Shown: positions 28,369 through 40,860, numbered from the stretch's first letter. The stretch is 64,000 bases of DNA from an uncultured Syntrophobacteraceae bacterium (GCA_964407285.1 CAYOVG010000003.1:40-64039); one strand, 5' to 3'. The notes: a model not told the origin generated them from the sequence alone. A program made the numbers and translations.

Positions 28369-28418
28369 GTGCGGGCGGGAATCCATAGACCTCGAGGTCT
28401 ATGGATTCCCGCCCGCAC
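28369..28418. repeat. Perfect 50-bp palindrome (25-bp arms, no spacer) 120 nt downstream of ftsZ; a head-to-head dimer of the intergenic repeat family
   Basis: gtgcgggcgggaatccatagacctc|gaggtctatggattcccgcccgac-type arms: the right arm gaggtctatggattcccgcccgcac is the exact reverse complement of the left arm gtgcgggcgggaatccatagacctc. The flanks (cgtaattccggcgcg... / ...ccattcccg) resemble the cgtcattcc...ggaatcc module of the copies at 9753, 54181 and 59181. Confidence 0.85.
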
Positions 28419-29124
28419 GGGCATGCCGGTCCACGCCTGTCCATTCCCGTATTGACCAACATCGTTGTGACTTCCTCGCACTACCTGCCGGATAATCAGT
28501 GAACGGATAGAATCTGAACTTTTCTCGTGCAATTGCGGCTTCCATCCAAAGTTTGTGCTTTCTTTGCGCGGTTACGGCCGCCGGTTGCGACCGGGCTGTC
28601 GAAACGCATGCCGCGAATGGTGGAAATCCGGACTCTCTGCAGGAGGAGGGCGCTTATGAAGAAGCGAAGGCCCAAGCGGTTGCACGCGTGATCATGCGGC
28701 AGACTGTCGAAAAGATGCGCAAACGGGGTAACGCGTATGAAAACGGAAACGGCCGGGCGGAAGCGCACGAGCCGGACTCGGGTTGATCGGATTCTCAAAG
28801 CAAAGGGCAACGCGACGATCAAGACGCTCCAACGTGCTGCCGTTCTTGTCGGGCGTGAACTCCGCGTTGAGTTGGCGCAGGCGGGGGCTTTGTTTTCCTG
28901 TCCTGAGATGTTGTCGGAGTTCCAAAATTATAACGGGAGGACCGAGGATTCCCGGATCAATTTCCAGTAGGAGTAGGGGGCCGGGCAATGCTTCAGGCAA
29001 TGAGGCTTCGAAAAACGTACCGAAGCATAGTCTTTCGATGCAAGATTGCGTAAACGTTCGCCTCTTCCAGATCCGGGAATTCTCTCCGTCGTCACTGTTG
29101 AACCGGGTTCGTCCCGGTCCAACG

Positions 29125-29508
29125 TCAGTTCCGATAGTTCGCCGAATGCGGAACTTTGAACATGACCTTCAGCCGCATCGGGTCTTCGCCCTTCAGGACG
29201 TAAGGCTCTTTCACCCGCACCCTGGCGCGAGGGGCCATGTCTCCCAGGCTGATACGTTTTCGCCAGTAAATCCTGGTTTCCTGTGGATTCGTGGTATACA
29301 TATCGAGCTTGACCGCGCTCAGAACGGAACCGGAATCGTTGATCACATATCCGGTCAGGAAGCCGTCAGGGGTAAGGTCGAATCCCTCGTACCTGAGATT
29401 GAGAGTTTCGTCGATCACCCCCTCTCCGACAGCCAGAACGGCAAAGCAGGACAAGGGGTAGATCAGCAGGCCGGCGATCAGAAGCAATGTGGCCATTCTT
29501 TTCGACAT
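29125..29508 (-). CDS. Secreted hypothetical protein (127 aa)
   Basis: Signal-peptide-like N-terminus MSKRMATLLLIAGLLIYPLSCFAVLA, then a beta-rich sequence. No motif recognised. Confidence 0.55.
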   Translation of the reverse strand: MSKRMATLLLIAGLLIYPLSCFAVLAVGEGVIDETLNLRYEGFDLTPDGFLTGYVINDSGSVLSAVKLDMYTTNPQETRIYWRKRISLGDMAPRARVRVKEPYVLKGEDPMRLKVMFKVPHSANYRN

Positions 29509-30142
29509 TTGTCATCCTCCTTTGGTGGTATGTACCAATTCTCATGACCGGCAGTTCTGGTTCACGGTGCAGACCGCCCGGCTGAACCGGAGCCGTAACC
29601 CGTTCGCGAACATGACCTCCGACAACCGTTTGAAAAACCTCCGTCGTCGGATTCGATGCCGGCGCAAATTCAAGGAATCAGTTTGGGATTCGTGGATCAG
29701 GTGCTAAATATACCAGGAGGGGAATTAACGCAACAGGAATCGATTGATTTCATCCACGTTGACTGCCGGGGCGAGCAATCGCCTTCTTCGCCTATCCATC
29801 GGTATGGTCGGTTCCCGATTTCCGCCGCGCCATTGCGACCGGAAACAATTTGCCCCCATGCCGGGGCCTTTCGGGTGCGTTTTGGACCCGGTAAGACTCG
29901 CCTCGCCGTCATCGTAAAAACGGCAAACGCGGTTGATCTCAGCCGCTTTTGCCTGTCCTTGCCGCATTCCCGTCCCTCCGGCATTTTTACCCGGGCAGTG
30001 GCATAGCTCTTGTAAGAGGTCTGTCCGGATGCTATTTTGCCCGGTATCACTTACAAGACCATATCTGCGGAATACTGAAGCCGGAGTTATCGTACGCTTC
30101 CGCTTCCCATCGTCGAGCAGGAATAAAGCGAGGAAAATCCCG

Positions 30143-31846
30143 ATGAAAAAAGATTTGCGCGTGTTGATTATTGGTGGGGTTGCCTGTGGACCCAAAGCGG
30201 CGTCCCGATTGAAACGTCTGCTTCCTGAGAGCGAAGTGACAATGATCGATAAGGGAGGGCTGGTTTCATACGGGGCCTGCGGGTTGCCTTACTATGTCGA
30301 AGGAGTGTTTCCCGAAGTCGGCATGCTCACGGAAACTCCCGTGGGTGTCCCCCGCACCCCTTTATTCTTCGAAAAGGTGAAAGGTTTCAAGACTCTTACC
30401 CGAACGGAAGCCATCCGGATCGATCGGGAGAAGAAGACTGTGCGGGTGAGGAACCTCGATACTCATGAGGAGAACGACCTCTCCTACGACAAGCTGGTCC
30501 TTGCAACGGGAAGCCGTCCGCTCCGGCCCCCCATTCCCGGTCTCGAACTGAAAAATGTCTGGTACATGCGCCACCCGGACGATGCCGAGAGCATGGTTGC
30601 GGGGATTGAGTCGGAGGGGCTCCATGACGCGGTCCTGATCGGAGCGGGATACATCGGCGTCGAGATGGCGGAAGCTTTGCGCAAGCGAGGTCTGAACGTC
30701 ACCATGGTGGAGATCTTCGACCAGATCATGCCCCAGTTCCTGGACCCCGAGATAGCCATGCTCGCCGGCAAGCACCTGAAGCAAAAAGGCGTTGCACTCG
30801 CTCTGGGCGAGAAGGTCCTCGCCGTAGAGGGCAATGGGAAGGTCGCATCGGTTCGAACGGATAAGAGAGTGATCCCGGCCGACCTCGTTCTCGTAGGCGC
30901 GGGCGTCCTCCCCAACGATGAGCTCGCCCGCGGCGCGGGACTTGCGTGCGCTCCCAAAGGCGGCATCATCGTCAACAACTATTGCCAGACGAGCGACCCG
31001 GACATCTATGCCGGAGGAGACTGCGTGGTAAACCGCTATATCGATCCTATCACCAGGGTCCCGCTTTTCGTGCCTCTGGGCTCGACCTCCAATAAGCACG
31101 GCAGGACCATTGCCGACGATATAGCGGCTCGTCCGCACACATTCACGGGAATCACCTCAACGGGAGTATGCAAGGCTTTCGACTTCACGATCGGACGAAC
31201 CGGCCTGACCGAAAAGCAGGCCAGGGAACTGGACCCGGATGTCGAGTCGGTTATCTGGGCGGGGCTCGATATGCCCCATTACATCCCACGGAGCAATCCG
31301 CTCATCATCAAGATGGTCGCCTCCCGGCGCTCGCGAAAACTTCTCGGGGTTCAGGTGGTGGGTCCCGGAGATGGCTGCAAGCGGCTGGATGTGGCGGCAG
31401 GCGCAATCTATTTCGGAGCGAGCATATACGATATCCCGAACATCGATCTGGGCTATGCGCCTCCATATTCCGTTCCCATCGACCCCATTGCCGGTGCGGC
31501 GCATATTCTGGCGAACAAAATGGAAGGCATCGCGAAGTCCATTTCCCCTCTGGAGGCCAAGAGGCGCATTGACGGCGGGGATGACGTCGTGCTCCTCGAT
31601 GTTCGAACACCCGATGAGTTCGAGATGATGCGGCTTCCTTATCCCGGCGTGGTTCACATTCCCCTCGGCGCTCTGCGGACGAAAGCCGGCGAGTTGCCGA
31701 AAGACAAAGACATTCTGGCATTTTGCAAGATCAGCTTGCGTGGATATGAAGCCCAGTTGATTCTCAACAGCGAGGGGTTCCAGAGGGTGTGGTTCATCGA
31801 GGGAGGGCTGGCGGCATGGCCCTTCGAGGTTGAAGTTCGCAGCTAA
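30143..31846 (+). CDS. CoA-disulfide reductase / NADH-oxidase-family flavoprotein with a C-terminal rhodanese domain
   Basis: True start is ATG 30143 (MKKDLRVLIIGGVACGPKAA). It has the redox Cys motif SYGACGLPY, a second dinucleotide fold (VLIGAGYIGVEMAE), GGDC, and a C-terminal rhodanese with the active-site loop FCKISLRG. Confidence 0.85.
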   Translation: MKKDLRVLIIGGVACGPKAASRLKRLLPESEVTMIDKGGLVSYGACGLPYYVEGVFPEVGMLTETPVGVPRTPLFFEKVKGFKTLTRTEAIRIDREKKTVRVRNLDTHEENDLSYDKLVLATGSRPLRPPIPGLELKNVWYMRHPDDAESMVAGIESEGLHDAVLIGAGYIGVEMAEALRKRGLNVTMVEIFDQIMPQFLDPEIAMLAGKHLKQKGVALALGEKVLAVEGNGKVASVRTDKRVIPADLVLVGAGVLPNDELARGAGLACAPKGGIIVNNYCQTSDPDIYAGGDCVVNRYIDPITRVPLFVPLGSTSNKHGRTIADDIAARPHTFTGITSTGVCKAFDFTIGRTGLTEKQARELDPDVESVIWAGLDMPHYIPRSNPLIIKMVASRRSRKLLGVQVVGPGDGCKRLDVAAGAIYFGASIYDIPNIDLGYAPPYSVPIDPIAGAAHILANKMEGIAKSISPLEAKRRIDGGDDVVLLDVRTPDEFEMMRLPYPGVVHIPLGALRTKAGELPKDKDILAFCKISLRGYEAQLILNSEGFQRVWFIEGGLAAWPFEVEVRS

Positions 31847-31938
31847 CGGGTGATGGAGGTTTTCCGGCGCCGGAGTTCCCGGCGCCGGAGCGCCCGGCGC
31901 GCATCTTTTGCGTGTTGCTTCATGGTGTAACGATCTCT

Positions 31939-32982
31939 TTACTTCCTGCCGTCGATCACGCCTTGCGCAATGGACCTGAAGACCCTGCCGGTCTCCGAAT
32001 CGGGCGCTTCGACCATGAGCGGCAATCCCTTGTCGCCGCCCTTTCTGAGTTCAATGTCGATGGGAATGGAGCCAAGGAGCGGGATGCCCGCCTCATGGCT
32101 CAGCATATCGCCGCCCCCGCTTCCGAAGATCTCTATTCGTTCCTTCGAGTCACCGTAACTGAAGTAGGACATATTCTCCACAATACCGCATATCCTGATG
32201 TTCATGGATTTGAACATCGTGATGGCCTTGCGCACGTCGGCAAGAGCCACTTCCCGCGGGGTCGTCACCATGACCACCGAGACGCTCGGAACGGACTGCG
32301 CTATGGTGATCGAAGGGTCTCCCGTGCCGGGTGGAAGGTCCACAACGAGATAGTCCAGTTTCCCCCACATCACATCGTCCAGAAGTTGCCTGACGGTCTT
32401 TGCGACTAGAGGCCCGCGCCGGATGAGCGGCCTGGTCTCTTCCACGAAAAACCCGAAAGACATGATCTTCAGACCGAATTTCTCGAGGGGCGCAATCATT
32501 TTTGCTTCGAAGCGGGGCCGCTCCGAGAGGTGCAGCATGGTCGGAATACTGGGGCCGTAGAGGTCGGCATCCAGAAGTCCCACCTGAAAACCTTCCGCGG
32601 ACAGAGCAAGCGCGAGGTTGACCGCAACCGTGGTCTTTCCGACCCCGCCCTTGCCGCTTGCAACGGCAATGAAAGAGGCCACCTTCTCGATACCGGCAAG
32701 AGGGTGTCTGGGGAAGAGACGATTCAATTCCTCTTTGCTCATGACGGTCAGGTCCACATGGGCCTGAGACACGCCGGGAACAGCCCGGGCCGCCCGCATA
32801 ACCTCCTCGATGAATCTCTTCTTCATAGGACAGCCGAGAGTCGTCAGAGCCAGAGTAATGTGCGCTTCGCCGTTGCTGACGGAAATATCCTTCACCATCT
32901 GCAGATCTACTATGTTCCTTTTCAGTTCCGGATCCAGCACCGCTTTGAGGGCTTCTCTAATATCCGCTTCCATGCTCATCAT
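31939..32982 (-). CDS. mrp: Fe-S cluster carrier ATPase Mrp/ApbC/NBP35 with an N-terminal DUF59-like domain
   Basis: Motifs: LDPELKRNIVDLQMVKD (DUF59-like), the deviant Walker A ASGKGGVGKTT, DADLYGPS, DLPPGTGD and CGIVENMSYF. Confidence 0.9.
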   Translation of the reverse strand: MMSMEADIREALKAVLDPELKRNIVDLQMVKDISVSNGEAHITLALTTLGCPMKKRFIEEVMRAARAVPGVSQAHVDLTVMSKEELNRLFPRHPLAGIEKVASFIAVASGKGGVGKTTVAVNLALALSAEGFQVGLLDADLYGPSIPTMLHLSERPRFEAKMIAPLEKFGLKIMSFGFFVEETRPLIRRGPLVAKTVRQLLDDVMWGKLDYLVVDLPPGTGDPSITIAQSVPSVSVVMVTTPREVALADVRKAITMFKSMNIRICGIVENMSYFSYGDSKERIEIFGSGGGDMLSHEAGIPLLGSIPIDIELRKGGDKGLPLMVEAPDSETGRVFRSIAQGVIDGRK

Positions 32983-34321
32983 TATCCCCTTCCCATGCCG
33001 GTTGATCGTTCCCGAGAACCAAACCCGAGCAAACGAGAACCATGGAAAAACCAAGATGACGGTGAATGATGATACCCGATCTTGAGATGATAGGAGCCCT
33101 GAAGATACAATTTAATTATCTTTGACTATTTTCATATGTTCATTATGCTCGATATCCATTTGACTTACCGGAGTGTTGCAACAATCGGGCCGCTGGAAAG
33201 CATGCGATGTCTTCAGGCATGGGAGTAGAGGCCGCGAAGACGACGGAAGGCGCCGACTTCTGGGCCTGATCCTCCGAAAGGGGTTCTCAACCGGAGCGCC
33301 GGAGGGGAGTATGGCCGAGCGGGTGCATTTCGCACCCAGACGGAGCTTATGAGGGAACAAAATTCATCGGCGTCTGCGAGTTTCGCAACTCGAGGACGCA
33401 CGGCGATCCGGTTCGGTCGAAGGGATTGGATGGGAGGCTGTTGCGAACCTAATGCATGGGAACACCACGACGCGCGCAGGCGTTCAAGGATGATTTGCAG
33501 GCAGTTGCCATTCGTTCACCCCATGAGAAGAAATTGTGGTTGTCGTCCCCCATGAGGAGGTAAAGCACGAGTGGGGCAGGAGACAAGGGGGACGACAAGG
33601 AGAGGTGGACGGGACTGGAGGTCGGAGAATGGCTTCCGCGCGGCACGTCCGTCCAACCTCCGCCACCAGTGAAAGCGGGAGATTGAATTCGTTCCTGTCA
33701 ATGCTGTTCGCGACAGCGCTTGCAGCATAAAGGGCATCCCTGTTCGTTCTCTCTCTTCGGGATTGCCCATACGATCGATCCGTCATATCGATCACTATCA
33801 AGGAACGTGCCAGAGCTTCGGTATCCATGAGTTCCCGCGCGCATGCCGGCTCCGGCAGAATACGGAATTTCGAGCAAGTGACTCGACCCGGCGATAGCGA
33901 TAGTCCGGCGGCCGTCGTACACAATTCTTTCTTTCGAGACGGGGTAACGGCAGAATAACGGTGTCGGCTGCTGCGGAAACCGGGTGCAAAATGCACCCGT
34001 AGCGGCGGCTCCGGGGCGACGGAATGCACCGGGAATGCAGGGGGCGCTGTGAATCCCGCCTCCTGTGGAATACGGTGCGGGGACTTTTGCACAAAACCGG
34101 AAAAAGAACGGGCGGAAGTTGCCGTAACCGGCTGATTATTGCGCCGGCGGGGACACCGTTCGGAGCGATTCTCGCGTCCGCGGCCCTTGACGAGATCTCC
34201 TCAAATAGGCGAACATTACAGATTGTCATCGATCGTCAATCTCATTCGGGAAAGCGGAACGGGAACCCGCGAAGCGCTCAACGACGTCAAGCTGAACTGA
34301 ACGACCTCGACAAGGAGAATC

Positions 34322-36112
34322 ATGAAGGTAAGAAACGATCTACGCAATCTGGCCATAATAGCCCACGTCGACCACGGAAAGACGACGCTCGTGGACGCCA
34401 TGCTCTGGCAAAGCGGCGTCTTCCGCGAGAACGAACAGGTTGCCGAACGGGTGATGGACAGCATGGCCCTCGAAAGGGAAAAGGGCATCACCATCATGGC
34501 CAAGAATACCGCCGTTTCCTATAACGGCGTGAAGATAAACATCGTTGATACGCCGGGCCACGCGGACTTCGGCGGCGAGGTGGAACGGACCCTCAACATG
34601 GTCGATGGAGTCATGCTCCTTGTCGACGCCACGGAGGGGCCGCTTCCCCAGACGAGGTTCGTGCTCGGGAAGGCCCTGGAGCAAAAACTCCCTCCGATCG
34701 TCGTGATCAACAAGATCGACCGCCCCGACAGGCGCATCAACGAGGTGCTGGAGGAGATCTACGACCTCTTCATCGACCTGGACGCCACCGAGGAGCAACT
34801 CGAATTCCCCGTGCTCTACACCAACGCCAAGGCGGGAGTCGCGCTCCTCGACCCGGAAGACGGGGAGGGCAGGGACCTGTCGCCTCTCTTCGATGCCATC
34901 ATCGACTCCATTCCCCCTCCATCGTACGACCCCGACGCGCCGCTCCAGTTCCTGGTCACGAACCTGCAGCACAGCGATTATGTCGGCAGGATCGCCGTCG
35001 GAAAGGTCATCAACGGGAGCCTGCGCTACGGCCGGGAGGTAGCGCTTCTCAAGGCGGGCGAACCCATGCGCAAGGCGTCTCTGAGCGTGCTCTACACGTA
35101 CGAGGGGCTCAGCCGGGTTGAGCAGAAGGAGGTCGGGGCCGGGGACATCGCGGCGGTGGCCGGAGTCGAGGACATCTATATCGGCGATACCCTCGGCGAC
35201 TTGGCGGACCCGCGACCCTTGCCGGGCATTACCGTTGAGGACCCCACCATATCGATGGTCTTCTCGGTCAACTCCTCGCCGTTTTCCGGCAAGGAGGGGA
35301 AGTACCTCACCTCGCGACACATCAAGGACCGGCTGGACAAGGAACTGCTCTACAATGTGAGCATACGGGTCGAACAGGCGGACAACAGGGATTCCTTCCG
35401 CGTGAGCGCGCGCGGGGAACTGCAACTGGCGGTCATGGTGGAGACCATGAGGCGGGAAGGTTTCGAGCTGTCTCTTTCCAAACCCCGGATCATCACCCGT
35501 AGTGTGGACGGACAGGTGCTCGAACCCATGGAACTGGCCGTGGTGGACATCCCCGACAAATTCGTGGGGATAGTCACCGAGATGATGAGCAGTCGCCGGG
35601 GGCAGATGGTCAAAATGATAAACAACGGCTTCGGCCGCGTCCGGCTGGAATTTAAGATCCCGTCCCGCGGCCTCATCGGTTTTCGAAGCCAGTTCCTGAC
35701 CGATACGCGCGGCACCGGGATACTGAACACGATCGTCACCGGCTACATGCCCCATGCGGGAGACATCACCAGCCGCTCCAACGGCGTCCTCGTCTCGGAC
35801 CGCGACGGGAAGGCCGTGGCGTACGCCATATTCCATCTGCAGCCACGGGGGACCATATTCGTCGAACCCGGCGACCCTGTCTATGCCGGGATGATCGTCG
35901 GGGAGAACTCGCGCGCGGAAGACATATGGGTCAATATCACCAAGGAGAAGAAACTCACCAACATCAGGGCTTCGGGGTCCGATGAAGCATTGCGCCTGAT
36001 TCCTCCCCGCCGTTTCACGCTCGAGCAGGCCATGGAGTACATCAGCGACGACGAACTGGTGGAAGTGACCCCGCAATCGATACGGCTTCGGAAGGTGAAG
36101 CTGCAGAAGTAG
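34322..36112 (+). CDS. typA: Translational GTPase TypA/BipA
   Basis: Motifs: [38 protein letters not shown] and the C-terminal [30 protein letters not shown]. Confidence 0.95.
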   Translation: MKVRNDLRNLAIIAHVDHGKTTLVDAMLWQSGVFRENEQVAERVMDSMALEREKGITIMAKNTAVSYNGVKINIVDTPGHADFGGEVERTLNMVDGVMLLVDATEGPLPQTRFVLGKALEQKLPPIVVINKIDRPDRRINEVLEEIYDLFIDLDATEEQLEFPVLYTNAKAGVALLDPEDGEGRDLSPLFDAIIDSIPPPSYDPDAPLQFLVTNLQHSDYVGRIAVGKVINGSLRYGREVALLKAGEPMRKASLSVLYTYEGLSRVEQKEVGAGDIAAVAGVEDIYIGDTLGDLADPRPLPGITVEDPTISMVFSVNSSPFSGKEGKYLTSRHIKDRLDKELLYNVSIRVEQADNRDSFRVSARGELQLAVMVETMRREGFELSLSKPRIITRSVDGQVLEPMELAVVDIPDKFVGIVTEMMSSRRGQMVKMINNGFGRVRLEFKIPSRGLIGFRSQFLTDTRGTGILNTIVTGYMPHAGDITSRSNGVLVSDRDGKAVAYAIFHLQPRGTIFVEPGDPVYAGMIVGENSRAEDIWVNITKEKKLTNIRASGSDEALRLIPPRRFTLEQAMEYISDDELVEVTPQSIRLRKVKLQK

Positions 36113-36259
36113 AAGAGAGCGGGAGCAAAAGAACGTCGCAATGAGTAGATAAAGAGGAACGGGATTGTTTTTTTGACATTTCCATTCGAATAGTCCATTG
36201 TCATACTCGGAATACGGAGACGTTTCGTAAGGATCGGTTAGCTGGATTTCGCCTCGGAG

Positions 36260-36910
36260 GTGACTATGAAGATCATACAGACCTGTGTCGGAATGTTGGA
36301 AGTGTTCTGCTACCTGGTTTACGATGAAGAAAGCGGGGAGGGGATACTGATCGACCCCGCGGGGGACGAGGACCGCGTGGTGGAACTGCTGCGGGAAAAC
36401 GACATCAAGTTGCGCTACATAGTGAACACCCACGGGCATGCCGACCATAGCTGCGGGAATCCGGGGCTCAAAGCCCGCACGGGGGCCCCGATAGTGATGC
36501 ACGCGCTCGACGACGATTTCTTTCAGCAGCCCCGAAACCAGGAGTTCGCGCGGATGATGAATCTTCCCGTCTCTCCGCCCGCGGACATCCGCATAAACGA
36601 CGGCGATACGCTGCTCTTCGGAAACCTTACGATGGAATTCCTCCATACGCCGGGACATACGCCGGGGGCGTGCTGCATCCGCATCGGAGACAACCTGTTC
36701 ACCGGGGACACCCTGTTCGTGGGAGCGGTCGGAAGGACGGACCTGCCCGGCGGGTCTTTCAACGTGCTGCTCGAATCCCTGCGGACGAAAATCCTTACGC
36801 TGCCGCCGGATACGGTCATCTGGCCGGGCCACGACTACGGAGACCAGCCCCACAGCACAGTTCGAAAAGAGATGGAAAGCAATCCGTATATTACGGATTT
36901 TTTGCTTTGA
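36260..36910 (+). CDS. MBL-fold metallo-hydrolase (glyoxalase II-like)
   Basis: Motifs: NTHGHADHSCGN (HxHxDH), HTPGHTPG and GDTLFVGAVGRTD. Confidence 0.85.
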   Translation: MTMKIIQTCVGMLEVFCYLVYDEESGEGILIDPAGDEDRVVELLRENDIKLRYIVNTHGHADHSCGNPGLKARTGAPIVMHALDDDFFQQPRNQEFARMMNLPVSPPADIRINDGDTLLFGNLTMEFLHTPGHTPGACCIRIGDNLFTGDTLFVGAVGRTDLPGGSFNVLLESLRTKILTLPPDTVIWPGHDYGDQPHSTVRKEMESNPYITDFLL

Positions 36911-37140
36911 GTTTTGAGTAACTTGAGCAATAAATTAGCTGTTTGTGGATTAAGCCTGTAGCCAAAGGACGAAAAAAGTCCTATAAAGGTACCGCTTTTT
37001 GCTCCGGATCGACGTGAATGGGAGAAATCCGGGCGTTGATGATGCGGCGAGGCCGATCGACTTTTCGTGTTCAAGAGAAAACGGAGCTTATTCAAGATAA
37101 TGGAGGAGGTTCGACATTGAAGGAAGCCACACTGAAACGC

Positions 37141-38475
<1,335 letters not shown>

Positions 38476-38531
38476 AGCGAGCGGCGGCGGTACGATGCCG
38501 CGCGCGCGAATGGAGTACGCCCCCGGGCAGG

Positions 38532-38801
38532 ATGCGCATGAAGAAACACAAGCATACTTTTGTGGACGAATACGACGGGATGGTCGCTTTCGGGCTTTCC
38601 CGCGAAGTGGATGAGAAATCCCTGATGTATTATCTGCAGAAATTCAGCGACGACGATCTTCTCGCGGCCATGGTGCCGCGGATGAGCGACGAGGAGATCA
38701 ACGAGGTATTCGAACTGCTGGGCAGAATTATGCGTAAGCACCTGGTCGATGAGGAGTATCACTCTCTCTTCCTCAAAGACGAAGAACCGCACCAGCATTG
38801 A
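38532..38801 (+). CDS. Small acidic hypothetical protein (89 aa)
   Basis: Only the tail of track ORF 38139-38801 is non-overlapping and looks protein-like (MRMKKHKHTFVDEYDGMVAFGLSREVDEKSLMYYLQKFSDDDLLAAMVPRMSDEEINEVFELL...). Confidence 0.5.
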   Translation: MRMKKHKHTFVDEYDGMVAFGLSREVDEKSLMYYLQKFSDDDLLAAMVPRMSDEEINEVFELLGRIMRKHLVDEEYHSLFLKDEEPHQH

Positions 38802-39224
38802 TCCCGGCAGTCCACGACTTGCGGCAGGGGCGCGGAACCTCGTTCCGCGCCCCTGCCCGCCTCCCTCCCTATCTCCGAAAAGGGGCCTGTTTTATCTCGG
38901 ATGCGGGATCTTATCGAAAAGGAGCCTGAGCGCTTCAGGGACCAACCCGAATTGGGCGGCCGGAGCGAAACCCCGGCGCTTCGCATGCCTTGGGCCGAAC
39001 GGATCGAGAGCTTCCGGCCGGGACCTTCCAACAGGGGAGTCGCAACCTGGACGGAGCATCTGGACATCAACGGGATCATGACGGCGACCGGCTTCGCCCC
39101 CGAAGGATGTCTGACGGTCTGATATGCGGACCTCTCCGGAAATTCGAGACAACGACCGGCGCGGCAAGGGGATAGATTCCTGTGTCGAGGCGGAACGGTC
39201 GGCCGCCGGTCCGCCGGCGCTCGC

Positions 39225-39929
39225 TCAGCACCCGGGCATGTCGCATTCCTCCGGTCTTATGCCTGCCGCGCCCGCATACATTTCTCCTCGAACCAGAAAG
39301 TGGACATGCTCGGCGATGTTCGTCAGGTGGTCCCCTATGCGCTCCACGGACCGGGCGACGAAGATGAGGGAAGTATACGCCTCGATGCGACCGGGTTCCT
39401 GCTTCATGGAATCCCTCAACCGCCTCAGAAACTCCGCGTAGACTTCATCGATGTCTCTGTCGCGATGCCAGACCGCGACGGCCCGCTCGACGTCGAGTTC
39501 ATTGTACGCCTTCAGCACATCCCGAAGCATTTCCTGGGCGTATTTTGCCATGAGAACGATCATCTCGATGGAATCATCCGGCGAAACCCTGTTCAGGTCG
39601 TCTATATTTTTGGCGATATTGGATGCGTAGTCGGCGACCCGCTCCAGGTCGGTGGCGATCTTGAGGGAGGCGATAATACTCCGGAGGTCCACCGCCATGG
39701 GTTGCCGTAAGGCGAGCATCCTGATGGTGAGCGCATCGGCCTCATGCTCGAGAGCATTCACTTTCGCGTCGTTGCGTATGATCCTTTGAGCGAGGCTGCC
39801 GTCTCGCGAAGTGAGAGCTTCTACTGCGGAACCCAGTTGAGAGTTCACTTCCCTTCCCATGTTCAGAATAGTCCGCTGCAGCTTCCCCAATTCTTCATCG
39901 AAAGATCTTACGGTGTGACCATGCGACAT
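39225..39929 (-). CDS. phoU: Phosphate signalling regulator PhoU
   Basis: Two PhoU repeats: DLERVADYASNIAK and SVERIGDHLTNIAE. Confidence 0.9.
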   Translation of the reverse strand: MSHGHTVRSFDEELGKLQRTILNMGREVNSQLGSAVEALTSRDGSLAQRIIRNDAKVNALEHEADALTIRMLALRQPMAVDLRSIIASLKIATDLERVADYASNIAKNIDDLNRVSPDDSIEMIVLMAKYAQEMLRDVLKAYNELDVERAVAVWHRDRDIDEVYAEFLRRLRDSMKQEPGRIEAYTSLIFVARSVERIGDHLTNIAEHVHFLVRGEMYAGAAGIRPEECDMPGC

Positions 39930-39985
39930 CCTGCGCTCCTCATTGCAGTTCCGGCGGACGTAATCGTCCGATCCCCCTTTATCAG

Positions 39986-40860
39986 TTAATCATCGAGCGA
40001 ACAATTTGGGAGGCCTGCACCGCAACTTAGCCGACCCCAACCATGAGTTTTCTTCTTGGACCGCCTCTGTCCCTTGTACTGGTACTCCTGGGTCCGGGTG
40101 ACCGGTTCGCGCAACCAGATCCGTGTCTTACGCGACACCTGTACGAAGTGGATCATGCCCAGGTGAGATCCCACAGCAGCGGTGAAGTCCTCACTTTCCC
40201 CATGGATCGAATCGGCCAGTGCGTATTTGAAAGGAAAAACCAAGTGGAGACGCTCAAGCATCCGGCCGGTTCTAAATGGTTTCAACCACTTGCCCCATGG
40301 TAAGCGCCATTGACCCGCCCTAAGTTGCGTTGTAGGGATAAGCATCCAGGTATCCATCCGACTCCCCGATTTTCAATTTCCCTTGTCAGAGCGGTCAAAT
40401 ACTCCGCGTTGCCGATTGCTGCCCAGTCGATACCTGATGCCTGCCCGCCGAGCCGGTTCGGCATGAGCCACCATGATGGTACTGCCATTGCCGTCAAGAA
40501 AGGGGTGTCCGTGGGCCGGATATCCCATAACCTCACCCGGATGTTCTGTCGTGTACGCTTTGTCCGATCCGATTTTCAATCGGCGTACGAGGCTGCGCTC
40601 AAACTCAGCAAGAGCGCTGAACATGTGAAAGATGAGCAACCCCTGCGCGGTCGTCGTGTCTATTGCTTCCGTCAGACTCCGAAATCCTATCCCGCGCGCC
40701 CGCAAATCTTCCACCGTCTCAATCAACTGTTTGACCGAACGGGCAAGCCGGTCGGGCTTCCAGACCCGGATGTGATCGAGCACCGAGAGGACCTTTTCCT
40801 TGCGTCGGCGGGCTGGGCTGGGGGACGTGATGAAACCGATTTATCACTGGGTTGTAACAG
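39986..40860. mobile_element. Mobile-element debris between phoU and pstS: a truncated serine recombinase plus a possible integrase/transposase fragment
   Basis: See the pseudogene at 40373-40783. The ORF at 39986-40357 (-) contains EDFTAAVGSHLGMIHFVQVSRKTRIWL. This only loosely resembles the start of an rve/IS3-type catalytic core (FTA..PN.LW..DITYV), so that part of the call is weak. Confidence 0.45.
40373..40783 (-). pseudogene. Serine recombinase (resolvase/invertase family), 5'-truncated
   Basis: VWKPDRLARSVKQLIETVEDLRARGIGFRSLTEAIDTTTAQGLLIFHMFSALAEFERSLV matches the conserved middle of resolvase catalytic domains (VWKLDRLGRS...GIGFRSLTE.IDTTT..G.L.F....ALAEFER). The N-terminal catalytic Ser region is absent and the upstream frame shows no resolvase-like sequence. 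Confidence 0.65.

Noticed and set aside
28553-28970. Two small overlapping plus-strand ORFs; the second has an XRE-antitoxin-like tail (TSRTRVDRILKAKGNATIKTLQRAAVLVGRELRVELA)
   Set aside because: Only the last helix and C-terminal strand of an HTH_XRE-type protein are present, with no partner toxin. At best it is a remnant, too weak to annotate.
33055-34321. RNase P RNA, tmRNA, SRP RNA or a riboswitch in the mrp-typA gap
   Set aside because: The nearest string (gcaaaagtccccgc on the minus strand) does not match the GGAAAGUCCGGGC core, and the other universal cores were not found by eye. The region is kept as an open question in the findings rather than called as an RNA gene.
34340-36853. 837-aa minus-strand ORF spanning typA and the MBL hydrolase
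   Set aside because: Shadow ORF. It crosses an intergenic region and two well-supported plus-strand genes, and its composition is low-complexity Arg/Gly/Pro/Asp.
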